This document shows, in pieces, positions 1 to 9,969 of a stretch of 39,846 bases of DNA. Where the stretch lies: NCBI GenBank assembly GCA_913041075.1, contig CAJWGZ010000001.1, forward strand, positions 1-39,846, written 5' to 3'. Source of the DNA: an uncultured Fidelibacterota bacterium (GTDB lineage Bacteria > Fidelibacterota > Marinisomatia > Marinisomatales > TCS55). The notes under the pieces are model-generated. The model had not been told where the DNA came from, ran no database searches, and saw nothing but the letters and a program-made list of their open reading frames with translations. Every line of letters starts with the position of its first letter. Positions within the stretch are counted from its first letter, which is position 1. Both the position numbers and the translations under genes were made by a program.

Positions 1-1
1 T

Positions 2-2176
2 GCTGGGTATGCCGTACTGGATCAGTCCACTGGCGAATTATTTATTGGTGAATGTCTGGCAAGTAATCTGACGGAAGCGCTGCGGAAATATACCCCTCGA
101 GAAGTGTTGCTGGGCAGTAATGTAGTTTATTCCACAAGCGTTTGGTACCGGGAATTGAGACCCTTTGTTTCCACGGTAGAGGACTGGGTATTATCCTTTG
201 ATCAAGGACAGCGCATACTGATAGAACATTTTAAGGTGCGCACCTTGAAAGGTTTCGGCTGCGCTGATCTGGAATTGGGTATCACTGCCGCAGGCGCCAT
301 TTTTTACCATGTGAAAAATTCGTTGAGCGGATCATTGACGCATGTGACAAGCATCAGTCCTGTTGCAGATGAGGGCATAATGGAACTGGATAGTTTTACC
401 CTCCGCAACCTGGAAGTATTTAAATCCCTTGCTACTCAAGGTACACACGGTACACTGATTGATCTGTTAGATGAAACAGTGACCAATGGCGGTGGTCGCC
501 TGCTGAAGCAATGGCTTACCCGTCCACTTACAGATACTAAAAAGCTAAATGATCGATTGAATATTGTCGCCGGTTTTGTCAGCAATAAACGCCAATTACA
601 ACAGTGCAGGTCTATTTTAGAGGATATAATGGATATTGAGCGGATCTTGGGCAAAATAAACCAGAGTAAAGCCAGCCCGAGAGATCTCATTGGCTTGAAA
701 CAAAGCTTAAACAAAATACCAGAATTAAAAAAATTACTAGGGTCAGTAGATAATAATCATTGGAGCAAAGTAATTGAAAAATTTGCTGATACAAATTCAG
801 TATGTGCTTTGGTTGCTGAACAACTGAATGATGAAGTCCCGGCACAGATTCAGCAGGGGAATGTTTTTCGCGCAGGAGTGGATAAAAAATTAGATGAATT
901 ACGCCAATTAGCTGCCGGAGGAAAACAGTGGATCGCAGATATGGAAAAAGAGGAACGCCAGCGCACAGGTATCAATCGCTTGAAAGTCGGTTTTAATAAA
1001 GTATTCGGCTATTATCTGGAAGTATCGAAAGCCCAGCAGGACAATGTACCCGAGAATTATATTCGTAAACAGACCCTAGTGAATTCCGAGCGCTACATTA
1101 CGGAAGAATTGAAGGAATACGAGGAAAAAGTTCTGTCTGCAGAAGAAGATATTATTGCCATTGAAACGGAATTATTTGCCAACTGTTGTCAAAAGATCCT
1201 AGATCAGGCTGGGCCGATTCAGACCAATGCGAAAATATTGAACCGTCTTGATGTCCTGTCTACCTTTGCGCACTTGGCCATCCAGAAGAAATACTGCAAG
1301 CCAATATTGCTGGAGGATGCAGTATTAGATGTTTTCGATGGACGCCACCCTGTTGTAGAATATCTCTTACCCGCTTCCGAACGATTTGTTGGTAATGACT
1401 TGCAGATGGATGTGACAAAAAGTCAAATCCATCTCATCACCGGGCCCAATATGGCTGGGAAATCCACCTATTTGCGTCAAATTGGATTGCTTGTGCTGAT
1501 GGCGCAGGTAGGGTGCTATGTGCCAGCTAAGAAGGCGGCCATTGGAATTGTAGATCGCCTATTTACCCGGGTAGGTGCCAGTGATAACCTTGCCGGTGGA
1601 GAAAGTACATTTTTAGTGGAAATGATTGAAGCGGCAAACATTCTCAATAACGCCACTCCACAGAGCTTGATCCTATTGGATGAGATTGGCCGTGGCACCG
1701 CCACGTTCGATGGGCTTTCGCTGGCCTGGGCCATCACTGAATACCTGCACAATTATGCGAATGTAGCTGCCCGCACGCTATTTGCAACCCACTATCACGA
1801 ATTAACAGAACTTGAACATACGCTGAAGCGTTTGGATAATTATCATGCTGCAGTAGAGGAATTTGGTGATCAGATCATATTCTTAAAGAAAATATCTCCG
1901 GGGCCAGGGGATAAAAGTTATGGTATTCACGTGGCGCAAATGGCAGGACTGCCTAAAAGTGTTTTATCCAGAGCTAAGGAGATCCTCAATCATCATCTAG
2001 AATCTGATACGCAAACGGGAACCTCAGTACCCCCAGAAGCGTCAAATCAATTATCCATGTTTGAACGTCAAGAAGCAGCATTTAAAAAAGATCTGGATAA
2101 GGTTGACATAAACAAAATGACGCCGATGGAAGCACTACAGAAATTGGACGAATTGAAAAGGAAGCATGGCCTTTAG
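2..2176 (+). CDS. mutS: DNA mismatch repair protein MutS (N-terminus truncated by window edge)
   Basis: The frame is open from base 2 (AGYAVLDQSTGELFIGE...), so the listed M at 104 is internal. Walker A ITGPNMAGKST, Walker B LILLDEIGRGT and FATHYHELT are present. The size and order of domains match MutS. Confidence 0.93.
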   Translation, partial: AGYAVLDQSTGELFIGECLASNLTEALRKYTPREVLLGSNVVYSTSVWYRELRPFVSTVEDWVLSFDQGQRILIEHFKVRTLKGFGCADLELGITAAGAIFYHVKNSLSGSLTHVTSISPVADEGIMELDSFTLRNLEVFKSLATQGTHGTLIDLLDETVTNGGGRLLKQWLTRPLTDTKKLNDRLNIVAGFVSNKRQLQQCRSILEDIMDIERILGKINQSKASPRDLIGLKQSLNKIPELKKLLGSVDNNHWSKVIEKFADTNSVCALVAEQLNDEVPAQIQQGNVFRAGVDKKLDELRQLAAGGKQWIADMEKEERQRTGINRLKVGFNKVFGYYLEVSKAQQDNVPENYIRKQTLVNSERYITEELKEYEEKVLSAEEDIIAIETELFANCCQKILDQAGPIQTNAKILNRLDVLSTFAHLAIQKKYCKPILLEDAVLDVFDGRHPVVEYLLPASERFVGNDLQMDVTKSQIHLITGPNMAGKSTYLRQIGLLVLMAQVGCYVPAKKAAIGIVDRLFTRVGASDNLAGGESTFLVEMIEAANILNNATPQSLILLDEIGRGTATFDGLSLAWAITEYLHNYANVAARTLFATHYHELTELEHTLKRLDNYHAAVEEFGDQIIFLKKISPGPGDKSYGIHVAQMAGLPKSVLSRAKEILNHHLESDTQTGTSVPPEASNQLSMFERQEAAFKKDLDKVDINKMTPMEALQKLDELKRKHGL

Positions 2177-3197
2177 AATATTCCTCTGCATTTTAACACT
2201 AGTATTTTCCACATACCTCACGGCTGAATCTATCTGGGTAAAATATGGTTGGGAAATAATGGATAATGGCGGAGATGCGCGCGCGTTGGCCTTGGGCAAT
2301 ACTTTAACTGCTGACGGTTCGTCGCCTATCGCTGTATTATGGAATCCAGCACACCAGACGCACCAACAGTCTTTGCCGCTCATATACGGCCACCAAAATC
2401 GGTTTGCTGGCCTAGTCAGTAGCGATGTATTGGTTTTCCCCTTAAAAACTAAAATGACAATACCTTTGGGTTTAGTCATCCTTAGGGAAGCGGTCTCTAG
2501 AATTCCTGATACCAGGAATCTGCTGCTCGACTGGGGTGCAGATGGTATGCCTGGTACTATGGATTTTGGTGAAGGGAATGGGGTCCTAGATGAAGGTGAG
2601 CGACTGAATCTAGAGGATATAAAATATTTTAATCAGTCTCAATGGGCTGTCCATCTTAGTACATCCAGAAATTATAAACAATTTACCATTGGTATAGCGG
2701 CTAAAGGAGTTTTGCATAACTTGGGCGGTTATAATGGTACGGGGTTTGGTTTGGATATCGGTGCAAAAGTTTCTCCCTGGGAAAATGGTATTATAGGTTT
2801 ATTAATAACAAATTGTACCACATCCTGGCTATTGTGGGAGAACGGTACGGTAGAACGGACAATTCCCGGTGTTAATTTGGGCATATCCCATCTTTTTGTA
2901 TTTCCTGAAACGCCCTTTCAGGTCCGTATTAATGGGGGTGCTTTACTCGAATTAGGGAAACAGAAATCGCGCTACAGGGCAGGTATGGAGGTTAGCTACA
3001 GATCCAAATTTCAGGTTAGGTTTGGCCGCAATAATAATAGATTTATATCCACGGGATTGGGACTCTTCTGGACCAATTTTTCAATGGACTATGCTTATCG
3101 TTCTTCCCCGGTAGATACTGGATTTGGTGCAAGCCACATAATTTCGTTTCGCATTGACCCTTTATGGGCTAGAAATAAATTAAAAACATTACTTTAA
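2166..3197 (+). CDS. Secreted outer-membrane beta-barrel protein, PorV/PorQ-like (family assignment tentative)
   Basis: N-terminal signal peptide (MAFRIFLCILTLVFSTYLTAES). The motif GGDARALALGNT..A....AVLWNPA resembles the conserved N-terminal motif of PorV/PorQ/FadL-like barrels. The rest shows an alternating beta-strand pattern with an aromatic-rich C-terminal part. The start overlaps the mutS stop by 11 nt. Confidence 0.6.
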   Translation: MAFRIFLCILTLVFSTYLTAESIWVKYGWEIMDNGGDARALALGNTLTADGSSPIAVLWNPAHQTHQQSLPLIYGHQNRFAGLVSSDVLVFPLKTKMTIPLGLVILREAVSRIPDTRNLLLDWGADGMPGTMDFGEGNGVLDEGERLNLEDIKYFNQSQWAVHLSTSRNYKQFTIGIAAKGVLHNLGGYNGTGFGLDIGAKVSPWENGIIGLLITNCTTSWLLWENGTVERTIPGVNLGISHLFVFPETPFQVRINGGALLELGKQKSRYRAGMEVSYRSKFQVRFGRNNNRFISTGLGLFWTNFSMDYAYRSSPVDTGFGASHIISFRIDPLWARNKLKTLL

Positions 3198-3288
3198 GCC
3201 TTATTTTATTTGGTTTAGGTCCGATGAACTTCATTTGATTATAAGTGATCTAAAATTATATTTCCGGGCTATCCTTGGTAAGAAAATT

Positions 3289-4152
3289 ATGATTTTAAGT
3301 ATGACAGGTTTTGGTCGAGCAGTTATAGATACGGATGTCGGACAGTTATCGGCATCAATTCGATCGGTTAATTCCCGCTACCTTGACGTAAAAATTAGGG
3401 GCTTGAATTTCGAACCGGAAGTTGAGAAGTCAATTCGAGACTTAATGACCAAGAGTCTTATTAGAGGAACAGTGCAAATAACATTCGAGATGGGTAACAA
3501 CAGTGCTTCCAGTAAGAATTTGACCTTCAATAAAGATCGTTTTGAAGCACTGGATAATATATTAAAAACAATTGCAAAGACTTATGGCCGTGAGCTAAAT
3601 ATGGGTGATTTGATACATGCCTCAGACCTTATCGCTGATGGAAAAAACGAATTGTTGGATCCTGATAAGATTATCAATGTTACCAAAGAAGCCTTAATTC
3701 AGGTTCTAGATATGCGGAAAGCAGAGGGCGGCCAGATTCAGGAAGATCTGCTACGCAGATTAAAAGTCTTAAAAACCGGACTCATAGAACTTGAGAAAAT
3801 GAATGTTTCTTTTGCTGATGAAAGGAAGGCGAAACTCGAAAGTCGCCTAAAAAAATTATTAGGGAATCATGAACTAGATGAAACGCGGCTTGCCCAGGAA
3901 GTGGCGCTACTAGCAGAGCGGGCCGATGTGACCGAGGAAACGGTGCGTTTGAAAAGCCATTATGATCAGATGGATAAAATATTAACTGCTGAGGGTGCCG
4001 TAGGTAAGCGCTTTATTTTTCTGCTTCAGGAGATTACCCGTGAGGTGAATACTGTCGGATCAAAGAATGGGTCTATTGATGTAATAAATCAGGTGATTGC
4101 CATGAAAGATGAACTTGAAAAAATGAGGGAGCAGGCCCAGAATATTCTATGA
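3289..4152 (+). CDS. yicC: YicC-family stress-induced protein / endoribonuclease
   Basis: N-terminus MILSMTGFGRA and C-terminal EITREVNTVGSK motif. It sits in the conserved yicC-gmk-rpoZ neighbourhood. The ATG at 3289 is preferred over the TTG at 3235 given in the ORF track, because family members start at M..MTGFG. Confidence 0.85.
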   Translation: MILSMTGFGRAVIDTDVGQLSASIRSVNSRYLDVKIRGLNFEPEVEKSIRDLMTKSLIRGTVQITFEMGNNSASSKNLTFNKDRFEALDNILKTIAKTYGRELNMGDLIHASDLIADGKNELLDPDKIINVTKEALIQVLDMRKAEGGQIQEDLLRRLKVLKTGLIELEKMNVSFADERKAKLESRLKKLLGNHELDETRLAQEVALLAERADVTEETVRLKSHYDQMDKILTAEGAVGKRFIFLLQEITREVNTVGSKNGSIDVINQVIAMKDELEKMREQAQNIL

Positions 4153-4724
4153 AAAATATCATCGTAATATCTGCTCCATCTGGAGCAGGAAAGACAACTA
4201 TCTGTAGCGAATTACAGCGCCGTAAACCCCATATAAAATTTTCTGTATCGTGTACCACTAGGCCAAAACGTGAACATGAAGTTGATGGTGTGAATTATCA
4301 TTTTTTATCCGATCAAGAATTCACAGAAAAGGTGCAAAATAATGAATTCGTCGAATATGAAAATGTGCACGGATATTATTATGGTACCTTACGTAAGACG
4401 CTTGAAGATGCCCTGGCTCAGCAAGAAATGGTTTTATTTGATGTGGATGTGAATGGAGCTATGGCCATTAAGAGAAATTATTCTGACAATACATGCACAA
4501 TCTTTATTTTACCCCCCTCTTTGGATGATCTGAAAAAGCGTTTGATTCAGCGCGGTAGTGAAACAGAGGAAAGAATTGATAAAAGGCTTGAGCGAACAGC
4601 TCAAGAAATGGAATACAAAGACAAATTCGATGCCTGCATAATCAATGATGATCTTGCTATTGCAGCAGAAGAATTAAATGAACTTATCACAAAACAAAAT
4701 GAAGGAGTAGTTTATGGCAGTTAA
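4149..4724 (+). CDS. gmk: Guanylate kinase
   Basis: P-loop SAPSGAGKTT and the motif TTRPKREHEVDGVNYHF. ATGA overlap with the yicC stop. Confidence 0.93.
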   Translation: MKNIIVISAPSGAGKTTICSELQRRKPHIKFSVSCTTRPKREHEVDGVNYHFLSDQEFTEKVQNNEFVEYENVHGYYYGTLRKTLEDALAQQEMVLFDVDVNGAMAIKRNYSDNTCTIFILPPSLDDLKKRLIQRGSETEERIDKRLERTAQEMEYKDKFDACIINDDLAIAAEELNELITKQNEGVVYGS

Positions 4725-4998
4725 ACCCGTATCTTTGCGAAAAATGGAGGAAAAAACGAAAAATATATACGAAGCGGTTGTAGTCATGTCGAAAAGAGCG
4801 CGGCAGATAAACCAAGAACGATTTGAAGAGCAAGTCATAGAAGAATCGGAAGAGCTAGAAATGGATGTGTTGGATGAATTACCCGATATAAAACCAGAAG
4901 ACTATGAGGAAAAGGAAAAAGTGACCACCAAGGCATTGAATGAATTTCTTGAAGGTGAAGTCAACTGGCGTGTGCTGGAGGATACAGAAGAGGACTAG
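4714..4998 (+). CDS. rpoZ: DNA-directed RNA polymerase subunit omega
   Basis: NIYEAVVVMSKRARQIN core motif, an acidic C-terminal tail, and a position directly after gmk. Confidence 0.85.
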   Translation: MAVKPVSLRKMEEKTKNIYEAVVVMSKRARQINQERFEEQVIEESEELEMDVLDELPDIKPEDYEEKEKVTTKALNEFLEGEVNWRVLEDTEED

Positions 4999-5669
4999 TG
5001 ACTTTGATAAAATCTGATGCTGTCAGTAAGTATTTAAAACAGACAAAAGATCTGTATGGCGATCAACTGTTTCTTAGCTTGGCTAATGAATTCAATCATG
5101 TGGATAGTTCAGATGAATCACTTGATCAATTTTTTGATAGAATTAATCAATGTCAAAAGTGTCAGCTTGGCCAAACAAGAACTAATTTTGTATTTGGAGT
5201 AGGCGATCCAAATGCGGATTTAGTTTTGGTAGGAGAGGCCCCCGGTGAACAGGAAGATTTACAGGGCGAACCTTTTGTTGGTCGGGCTGGGAAATTATTG
5301 GATAAAATTCTCTCCGCCATAAAATTGTCGAGGAATCAAGGTGTATACATCTGCAATGTGTTGAAATGCCGCCCTCCAAACAATCGTGATCCCTTGCCTT
5401 CCGAAGTTGAACAGTGTGAGCCCTACCTCATACATCAAATAAATTTGATAAAGCCCAGATTGATTGTAGCTTTGGGTCGGGTCGCTGCAAAAACGTTACT
5501 GAAAAAAGATTTGCCCTTGAAGGATATGCGTTCAATCAAACATGACTATCATGGTACTCCGCTGGTAGCCACATATCACCCCGCTGCATTATTGCGCAAT
5601 CAAAACTTGAAACCAGCTGCCTGGGAAGATTTCAAATGGATCCGCCGCCTTATTGGAGGATCAAAATAA
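4998..5669 (+). CDS. Uracil-DNA glycosylase, family 4 (Fe-S type)
   Basis: GEAPGEQEDLQGEPFVGRAGKLL motif, Cys residues CQKC and CNVLKC, and the TYHPAALLRN motif. The GTG start overlaps the rpoZ TAG (TAGTG). Confidence 0.85.
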   Translation: MTLIKSDAVSKYLKQTKDLYGDQLFLSLANEFNHVDSSDESLDQFFDRINQCQKCQLGQTRTNFVFGVGDPNADLVLVGEAPGEQEDLQGEPFVGRAGKLLDKILSAIKLSRNQGVYICNVLKCRPPNNRDPLPSEVEQCEPYLIHQINLIKPRLIVALGRVAAKTLLKKDLPLKDMRSIKHDYHGTPLVATYHPAALLRNQNLKPAAWEDFKWIRRLIGGSK

Positions 5670-5671
5670 TA

Positions 5672-7039
5672 GTGGCAACAAAAGAACAAGATCAGCAACT
5701 AAACGTACAGCCCCAGTCCATTGAAGCTGAACAAGCTGTGTTGGGGGCAATGCTGGCCAGCAAAGAAGCAATAAGTAAGGCTCTACAATGGGTACGAAGT
5801 CACCATTTTTACAAAGAAGCCCATGGCAAAATTTATTTGGTAATGACTGACCTTTTTGATAAAGGTGAACCAATTGATACTGTTTCAGTAATTAATAGGT
5901 TGAAGAAGAATAAAGAACTGGAAAGTGTCGGGGGTGCTTATTTTATAACCGGTTTGGTCGAATCAGTACCCACTGCAGCTAATGTTGAAAGTTATGCAAA
6001 AATAGTCCTGGAAAAGTTTATGCTTCGTGAATTAATTCGTGCATCGCATGAACTATCTAAAGATGCGTATAATGATCGCCAGGAAGTTGGGGAAATCCTA
6101 GATGCTGCTGAACAGACTATCTTTGGTATCACTCAAGATCGTTTACGCGGCGGTTTTAAGCCTATTGAGGGTATTTTACACGAAACATTTGAAAATTTGG
6201 ATCGCATCGCTTCCAATCCTGGTTCTGTAACTGGTGTTGCTTCCGGACTAATTGATTTGGATGAAATTACTTCCGGGTTTCAAAAAGGTGACCTCGCTAT
6301 CATTGCTGGACGTCCATCAATGGGTAAAACCGCATTGGCGCTGTCTATAATGCGCAATGCTGCTGTGGATTATAAAGTACCGGTTGGAATGTTTAGTTTG
6401 GAGATGGCAAATCACCAATTGGCCCAACGCCTGCTTTGTGCAGAAGGAAGGGTGGACAGTCACCTGGTACGCACTGGTAAACTACCGAAAAACCAGTGGA
6501 AAAACCTTAGCCTTGCGGTGGGTTCTCTTGCTGAGGCGGAAATAAGTCTTGACGATACAGCAGCAATCTCGGTCTTGGAGTTGCGAGCCAAAGCGCGGCG
6601 TTTAAAAGCAGAGAAGGATGTAGGCCTAATTATCGTGGATTATTTACAACTGATGCAGGGGCCAAGGAATATAGAAAGTAGACAGCAGGAAATTTCTACA
6701 ATTTCGCGATCCTTAAAAGCATTAGCAAAAGAGCTTGACATACCAATTATAGCACTGTCGCAGCTTTCTCGGGCAGTTGAACAGCGCAGTGATCATAGAC
6801 CCCAGTTATCCGATCTTCGCGAAAGCGGTGCGATTGAACAAGATGCGGATGTAGTGATTTTCTTATACCGACCTTGGGTTTACTCCCGCGAAGATGAAGA
6901 CAAAGGCAGAGCACAGGCCATCATTGCCAAGCAGCGGAATGGCCCCATAGGCAGTGTAAATTTATCGTTCATCGATCGCTTTGCCCGTTTTGAAAGTATT
7001 TCTGCATTCGAAGAGTTGGAATCTGAAGTACCATTTTAA
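5672..7039 (+). CDS. dnaB: Replicative DNA helicase DnaB
   Basis: PQSIEAEQAVLGAML N-terminal motif, Walker A GRPSMGKTALAL, IVDYLQLM and ALSQLSR. A GTG at 5672 lies 11 nt after a strong GGAGGA (5655-5660) and just after the upstream stop. The ATG at 5636 from the ORF track is the alternative start. Confidence 0.9.
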   Translation: MATKEQDQQLNVQPQSIEAEQAVLGAMLASKEAISKALQWVRSHHFYKEAHGKIYLVMTDLFDKGEPIDTVSVINRLKKNKELESVGGAYFITGLVESVPTAANVESYAKIVLEKFMLRELIRASHELSKDAYNDRQEVGEILDAAEQTIFGITQDRLRGGFKPIEGILHETFENLDRIASNPGSVTGVASGLIDLDEITSGFQKGDLAIIAGRPSMGKTALALSIMRNAAVDYKVPVGMFSLEMANHQLAQRLLCAEGRVDSHLVRTGKLPKNQWKNLSLAVGSLAEAEISLDDTAAISVLELRAKARRLKAEKDVGLIIVDYLQLMQGPRNIESRQQEISTISRSLKALAKELDIPIIALSQLSRAVEQRSDHRPQLSDLRESGAIEQDADVVIFLYRPWVYSREDEDKGRAQAIIAKQRNGPIGSVNLSFIDRFARFESISAFEELESEVPF

Positions 7040-9234
7040 TGCAGAACCCCCTTACCAGGTTCGTTCCACATCTCGTCGGGGAATACCCCAAAAAATTTCT
7101 TAACCTATACGACAATATTTCCCTTTCCAACGGTTCATCGCAGGATGAAATACGAGACCTTTTATGGCAGGCTTATGAATTTGCAATAACCCACCATGAA
7201 GGCCAAAAACGGCATTCCGGGGAACCGTATTTTAATCATTGCCTGGCAGTGGCTAATATGCTTGCACAGTGGAAGATGGATCATTTTACCATCATCGGCG
7301 GTATGTTGCACGATACGATCGAGGACACAGATGCATCGATCCAAGATATTAATTCTCTTTTTGGGGAAGACATTGCCAGCTTAGTAAATGGGGTCACAAA
7401 ATTGGGCGGTATCCGCTTTTCTAGCAGGGAAGCGAAGCAGGCCGGAAACTTTATGAAAATGTTGCTCTCTGTAGCTCAGGACCTGCGCGTAATTATAATA
7501 AAATTTGCCGATCGTTTGCATAACATGCGCACCATTGAATATCTACCGCGAATTAAACGGCATAGAATCGCCATGGAAACCAGAGATGTGTATGTGCCTT
7601 TGGCTCATAGACTGGGTATGGCTCAGGTCAAATGGCAACTGGAAGACTTAGTACTCCAGACATTAAACCCCAAAGCTTTCAGTGAGATCGATTCCAAGAT
7701 TAAATCCAGTCATAGAGCAAGAGAGAAGTATATTGCTGGTATTACAAGGCCATTATTGACAGAATTGGATAAACACAATTTAGAAGCGGTTGTCTATGGA
7801 CGGGTAAAATCTTATTCATCCATATATGGGAAAATGGTAAATAGAGGTAAATCATTTGAAGAAATATATGATAAACTGGCCATTCGAGTTATAGTTAATA
7901 AGATTGAGGAATGTTATTTGACGTTGGGGATTTTGCATCAGCATTATACACCGGCTCAAGATCGTTTTAAGGATTTCATTGCCACACCCAAATCAAATGC
8001 CTATCAATCAATACATACTACCGTAATTGGACCAGATAGAAAACTGGTTGAAATCCAGATACGAACCAAAGAAATGGAAGAAACAGCAGAAATTGGTGTG
8101 GCGGCTCATTGGCATTATAAGGAAGATGGTGCCAGTAGTAAGAGTATTGATAGCCATGTACAGTGGCTCAGGGAATTGGTAGAAATATTACAAGACGAAT
8201 CTTCTGACCCCCGAGAATTCATGCATTTACTAAAGATTGATCTATTTAGCGATGAAATTTTTGTTTTTACACCAAATGGTGATTTGGTTCAGCTGCCAAT
8301 AAATGCTACGCCGATTGATTTTGCATTTAGTGTACACACTGAAGTTGGTCTGCATTGCATTGGTGCAAAAGTTGATCATAAAGTAGTACCACTGAATACC
8401 GTATTAAAAAATGGAGATACAGTGGAAGTATTAACCAGTAAATCCCAAAATCCTAGTTATGGCTGGTTAAAATTTGTCGTAACCAGTAAAGCCAGAAATC
8501 ACATTAACCGCTTCTTGCACAAAGCCATGCGGGAAGAAAGCATTAAGTTAGGACAACAATTACTTGAAAAAACACTACGGCGCCTCAAGCGTTCATCCTT
8601 AATTACAGAAGTGAAAGATTCCTTCGCAAAATTTGGATATAATTCTTCAGATTCTTTTCTGGAATCTATAGGCAGCGGTGACCTCTCCATACGTGATGTG
8701 TTAAAAAAGGTACAGCCTGAGGAAGACGTTGTGTTGGATAAAGAGCCTGTAGAGGAAGAAAAACGTTTCCTGGATTTTGCTAGATCGCGTTCAAAAGGTA
8801 TCAAATTACAAGGTATAAAAAACCTAATGGTTACATTTGGGAAATGTTGCAACCCCATTCCAGGTGATGAAATGATTGGTTTTGTAACCCGTGGAAGAGG
8901 AATCACTGTACACCATTCATCATGCAAGAGTCTGCCCTTACTCAATGAAGAATCTGATCGTTTAATGCCGGTAGAATGGGATGTAGCTCGCTCAGATATT
9001 TTTAATGTACGCTTGAAAGTAGAATCGCTTGATCGCAAAGGTATGCTTAAAGAAATCACTGAGGTGATTTCTGGTGCGAATATCAATATAACCAGCGTAG
9101 AAATGAAAGTTAAAGACGTATTATCAACAGGATATTTCATCGTGCAGGTGAATAACCTGAAACAACTTGACCGGGTTATTAATAAAGTAAGTAAGATACC
9201 TGGAGTTGATGGCGTAGAAAGAACGGGAAAATGA
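7039..9234 (+). CDS. relA: Bifunctional (p)ppGpp synthetase/hydrolase, RelA/SpoT family
   Basis: HD hydrolase motifs HEGQKRHSGEPYFNHCLAVA and HDTIEDT. Synthetase motifs YQSIHTTV and EIQIRT...AAHWHYK. TGS and C-terminal ACT-like regions are present. TAATG overlap with dnaB. Confidence 0.93.
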   Translation: MQNPLTRFVPHLVGEYPKKFLNLYDNISLSNGSSQDEIRDLLWQAYEFAITHHEGQKRHSGEPYFNHCLAVANMLAQWKMDHFTIIGGMLHDTIEDTDASIQDINSLFGEDIASLVNGVTKLGGIRFSSREAKQAGNFMKMLLSVAQDLRVIIIKFADRLHNMRTIEYLPRIKRHRIAMETRDVYVPLAHRLGMAQVKWQLEDLVLQTLNPKAFSEIDSKIKSSHRAREKYIAGITRPLLTELDKHNLEAVVYGRVKSYSSIYGKMVNRGKSFEEIYDKLAIRVIVNKIEECYLTLGILHQHYTPAQDRFKDFIATPKSNAYQSIHTTVIGPDRKLVEIQIRTKEMEETAEIGVAAHWHYKEDGASSKSIDSHVQWLRELVEILQDESSDPREFMHLLKIDLFSDEIFVFTPNGDLVQLPINATPIDFAFSVHTEVGLHCIGAKVDHKVVPLNTVLKNGDTVEVLTSKSQNPSYGWLKFVVTSKARNHINRFLHKAMREESIKLGQQLLEKTLRRLKRSSLITEVKDSFAKFGYNSSDSFLESIGSGDLSIRDVLKKVQPEEDVVLDKEPVEEEKRFLDFARSRSKGIKLQGIKNLMVTFGKCCNPIPGDEMIGFVTRGRGITVHHSSCKSLPLLNEESDRLMPVEWDVARSDIFNVRLKVESLDRKGMLKEITEVISGANINITSVEMKVKDVLSTGYFIVQVNNLKQLDRVINKVSKIPGVDGVERTGK

Positions 9235-9235
9235 A

Positions 9236-9544
9236 ATGAAAGTAAAAACATTTACAAAAAGGGATATTGCCACTGAAATAGCGGATCGGCTGGAGGCGAC
9301 GGTTGTTGATTCTTTGATGTTTACGGATGAATTATTTACAGTACTGAGAGAAATGCTGACTGAAGATCATGAAAAAGTCCGCATCGAAATTAGGAATTTT
9401 GGTGTTTTCGAGGTAAAACCAACAAAGGCAAAACCAAAAGCAAGAAACCCGCATACCAATGAAGAAATATTTGTTCCAGCCCATAAAAAAACCCATTTCA
9501 AACCTGGAAAAATTCTCAAGAATTACCTTAATCAGCCGATCTGA
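9236..9544 (+). CDS. HU/IHF-family DNA-binding protein
   Basis: About 100 aa. The beta-arm motif RNFGVFEVKPTKAKPKARNPHTNEEIFVPAHKKTHFKPGK is typical of the IHF/HU fold. Confidence 0.82.
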   Translation: MKVKTFTKRDIATEIADRLEATVVDSLMFTDELFTVLREMLTEDHEKVRIEIRNFGVFEVKPTKAKPKARNPHTNEEIFVPAHKKTHFKPGKILKNYLNQPI

Positions 9545-9559
9545 ATTACCATCATATAG

Positions 9560-9967
9560 ATGGGACGCCTTTTAGCCATTGATTACGGTACTCGCCGGGT
9601 TGGTTTAGCTCTATCCGACCCATTAAAAATGATTGCTAGTCCTTATCGAACAATCATTAATAAAGGTAACAGCAACCTGATCGTGGAGATTGAAAGGATC
9701 ATCGCTGCAGAGGATGTAGAACAGACTATTATCGGTTTACCCCTTGGCATGGCTGGGCAGATAACAGAACAAACGAAGAAGGTAGAAGAATTTGCAGATA
9801 GATTAATTGCCCGGGGGATCGCAATTGAATATGAGGACGAAAGATGGAGTTCAGTAGCGGCAAAACGATCGATGAAAGAACAAAATATTAAGAGTGGATA
9901 TAATAAGGAATTGGTAGATCAAACAGCTGCAGCAATATTTCTGCAGCAATACCTAGATCGACACTGA
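9560..9967 (+). CDS. ruvX: Holliday junction resolvase-like nuclease RuvX (YqgF)
   Basis: N-terminal LAIDYGTRRVGLALSD motif. 135 aa. Confidence 0.88.
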   Translation: MGRLLAIDYGTRRVGLALSDPLKMIASPYRTIINKGNSNLIVEIERIIAAEDVEQTIIGLPLGMAGQITEQTKKVEEFADRLIARGIAIEYEDERWSSVAAKRSMKEQNIKSGYNKELVDQTAAAIFLQQYLDRH

Positions 9968-9969
9968 TT

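Noticed and set aside
8499-9251. A 250-aa ORF on the - strand, antisense to the 3' third of the RelA/SpoT gene.
   Set aside because: The + strand product carries clear TGS/ACT-region RelA/SpoT sequence. The antisense translation is S/T/R/L-rich low-information sequence with no motif. This is the typical look of a spurious shadow ORF in an AT-rich gene.
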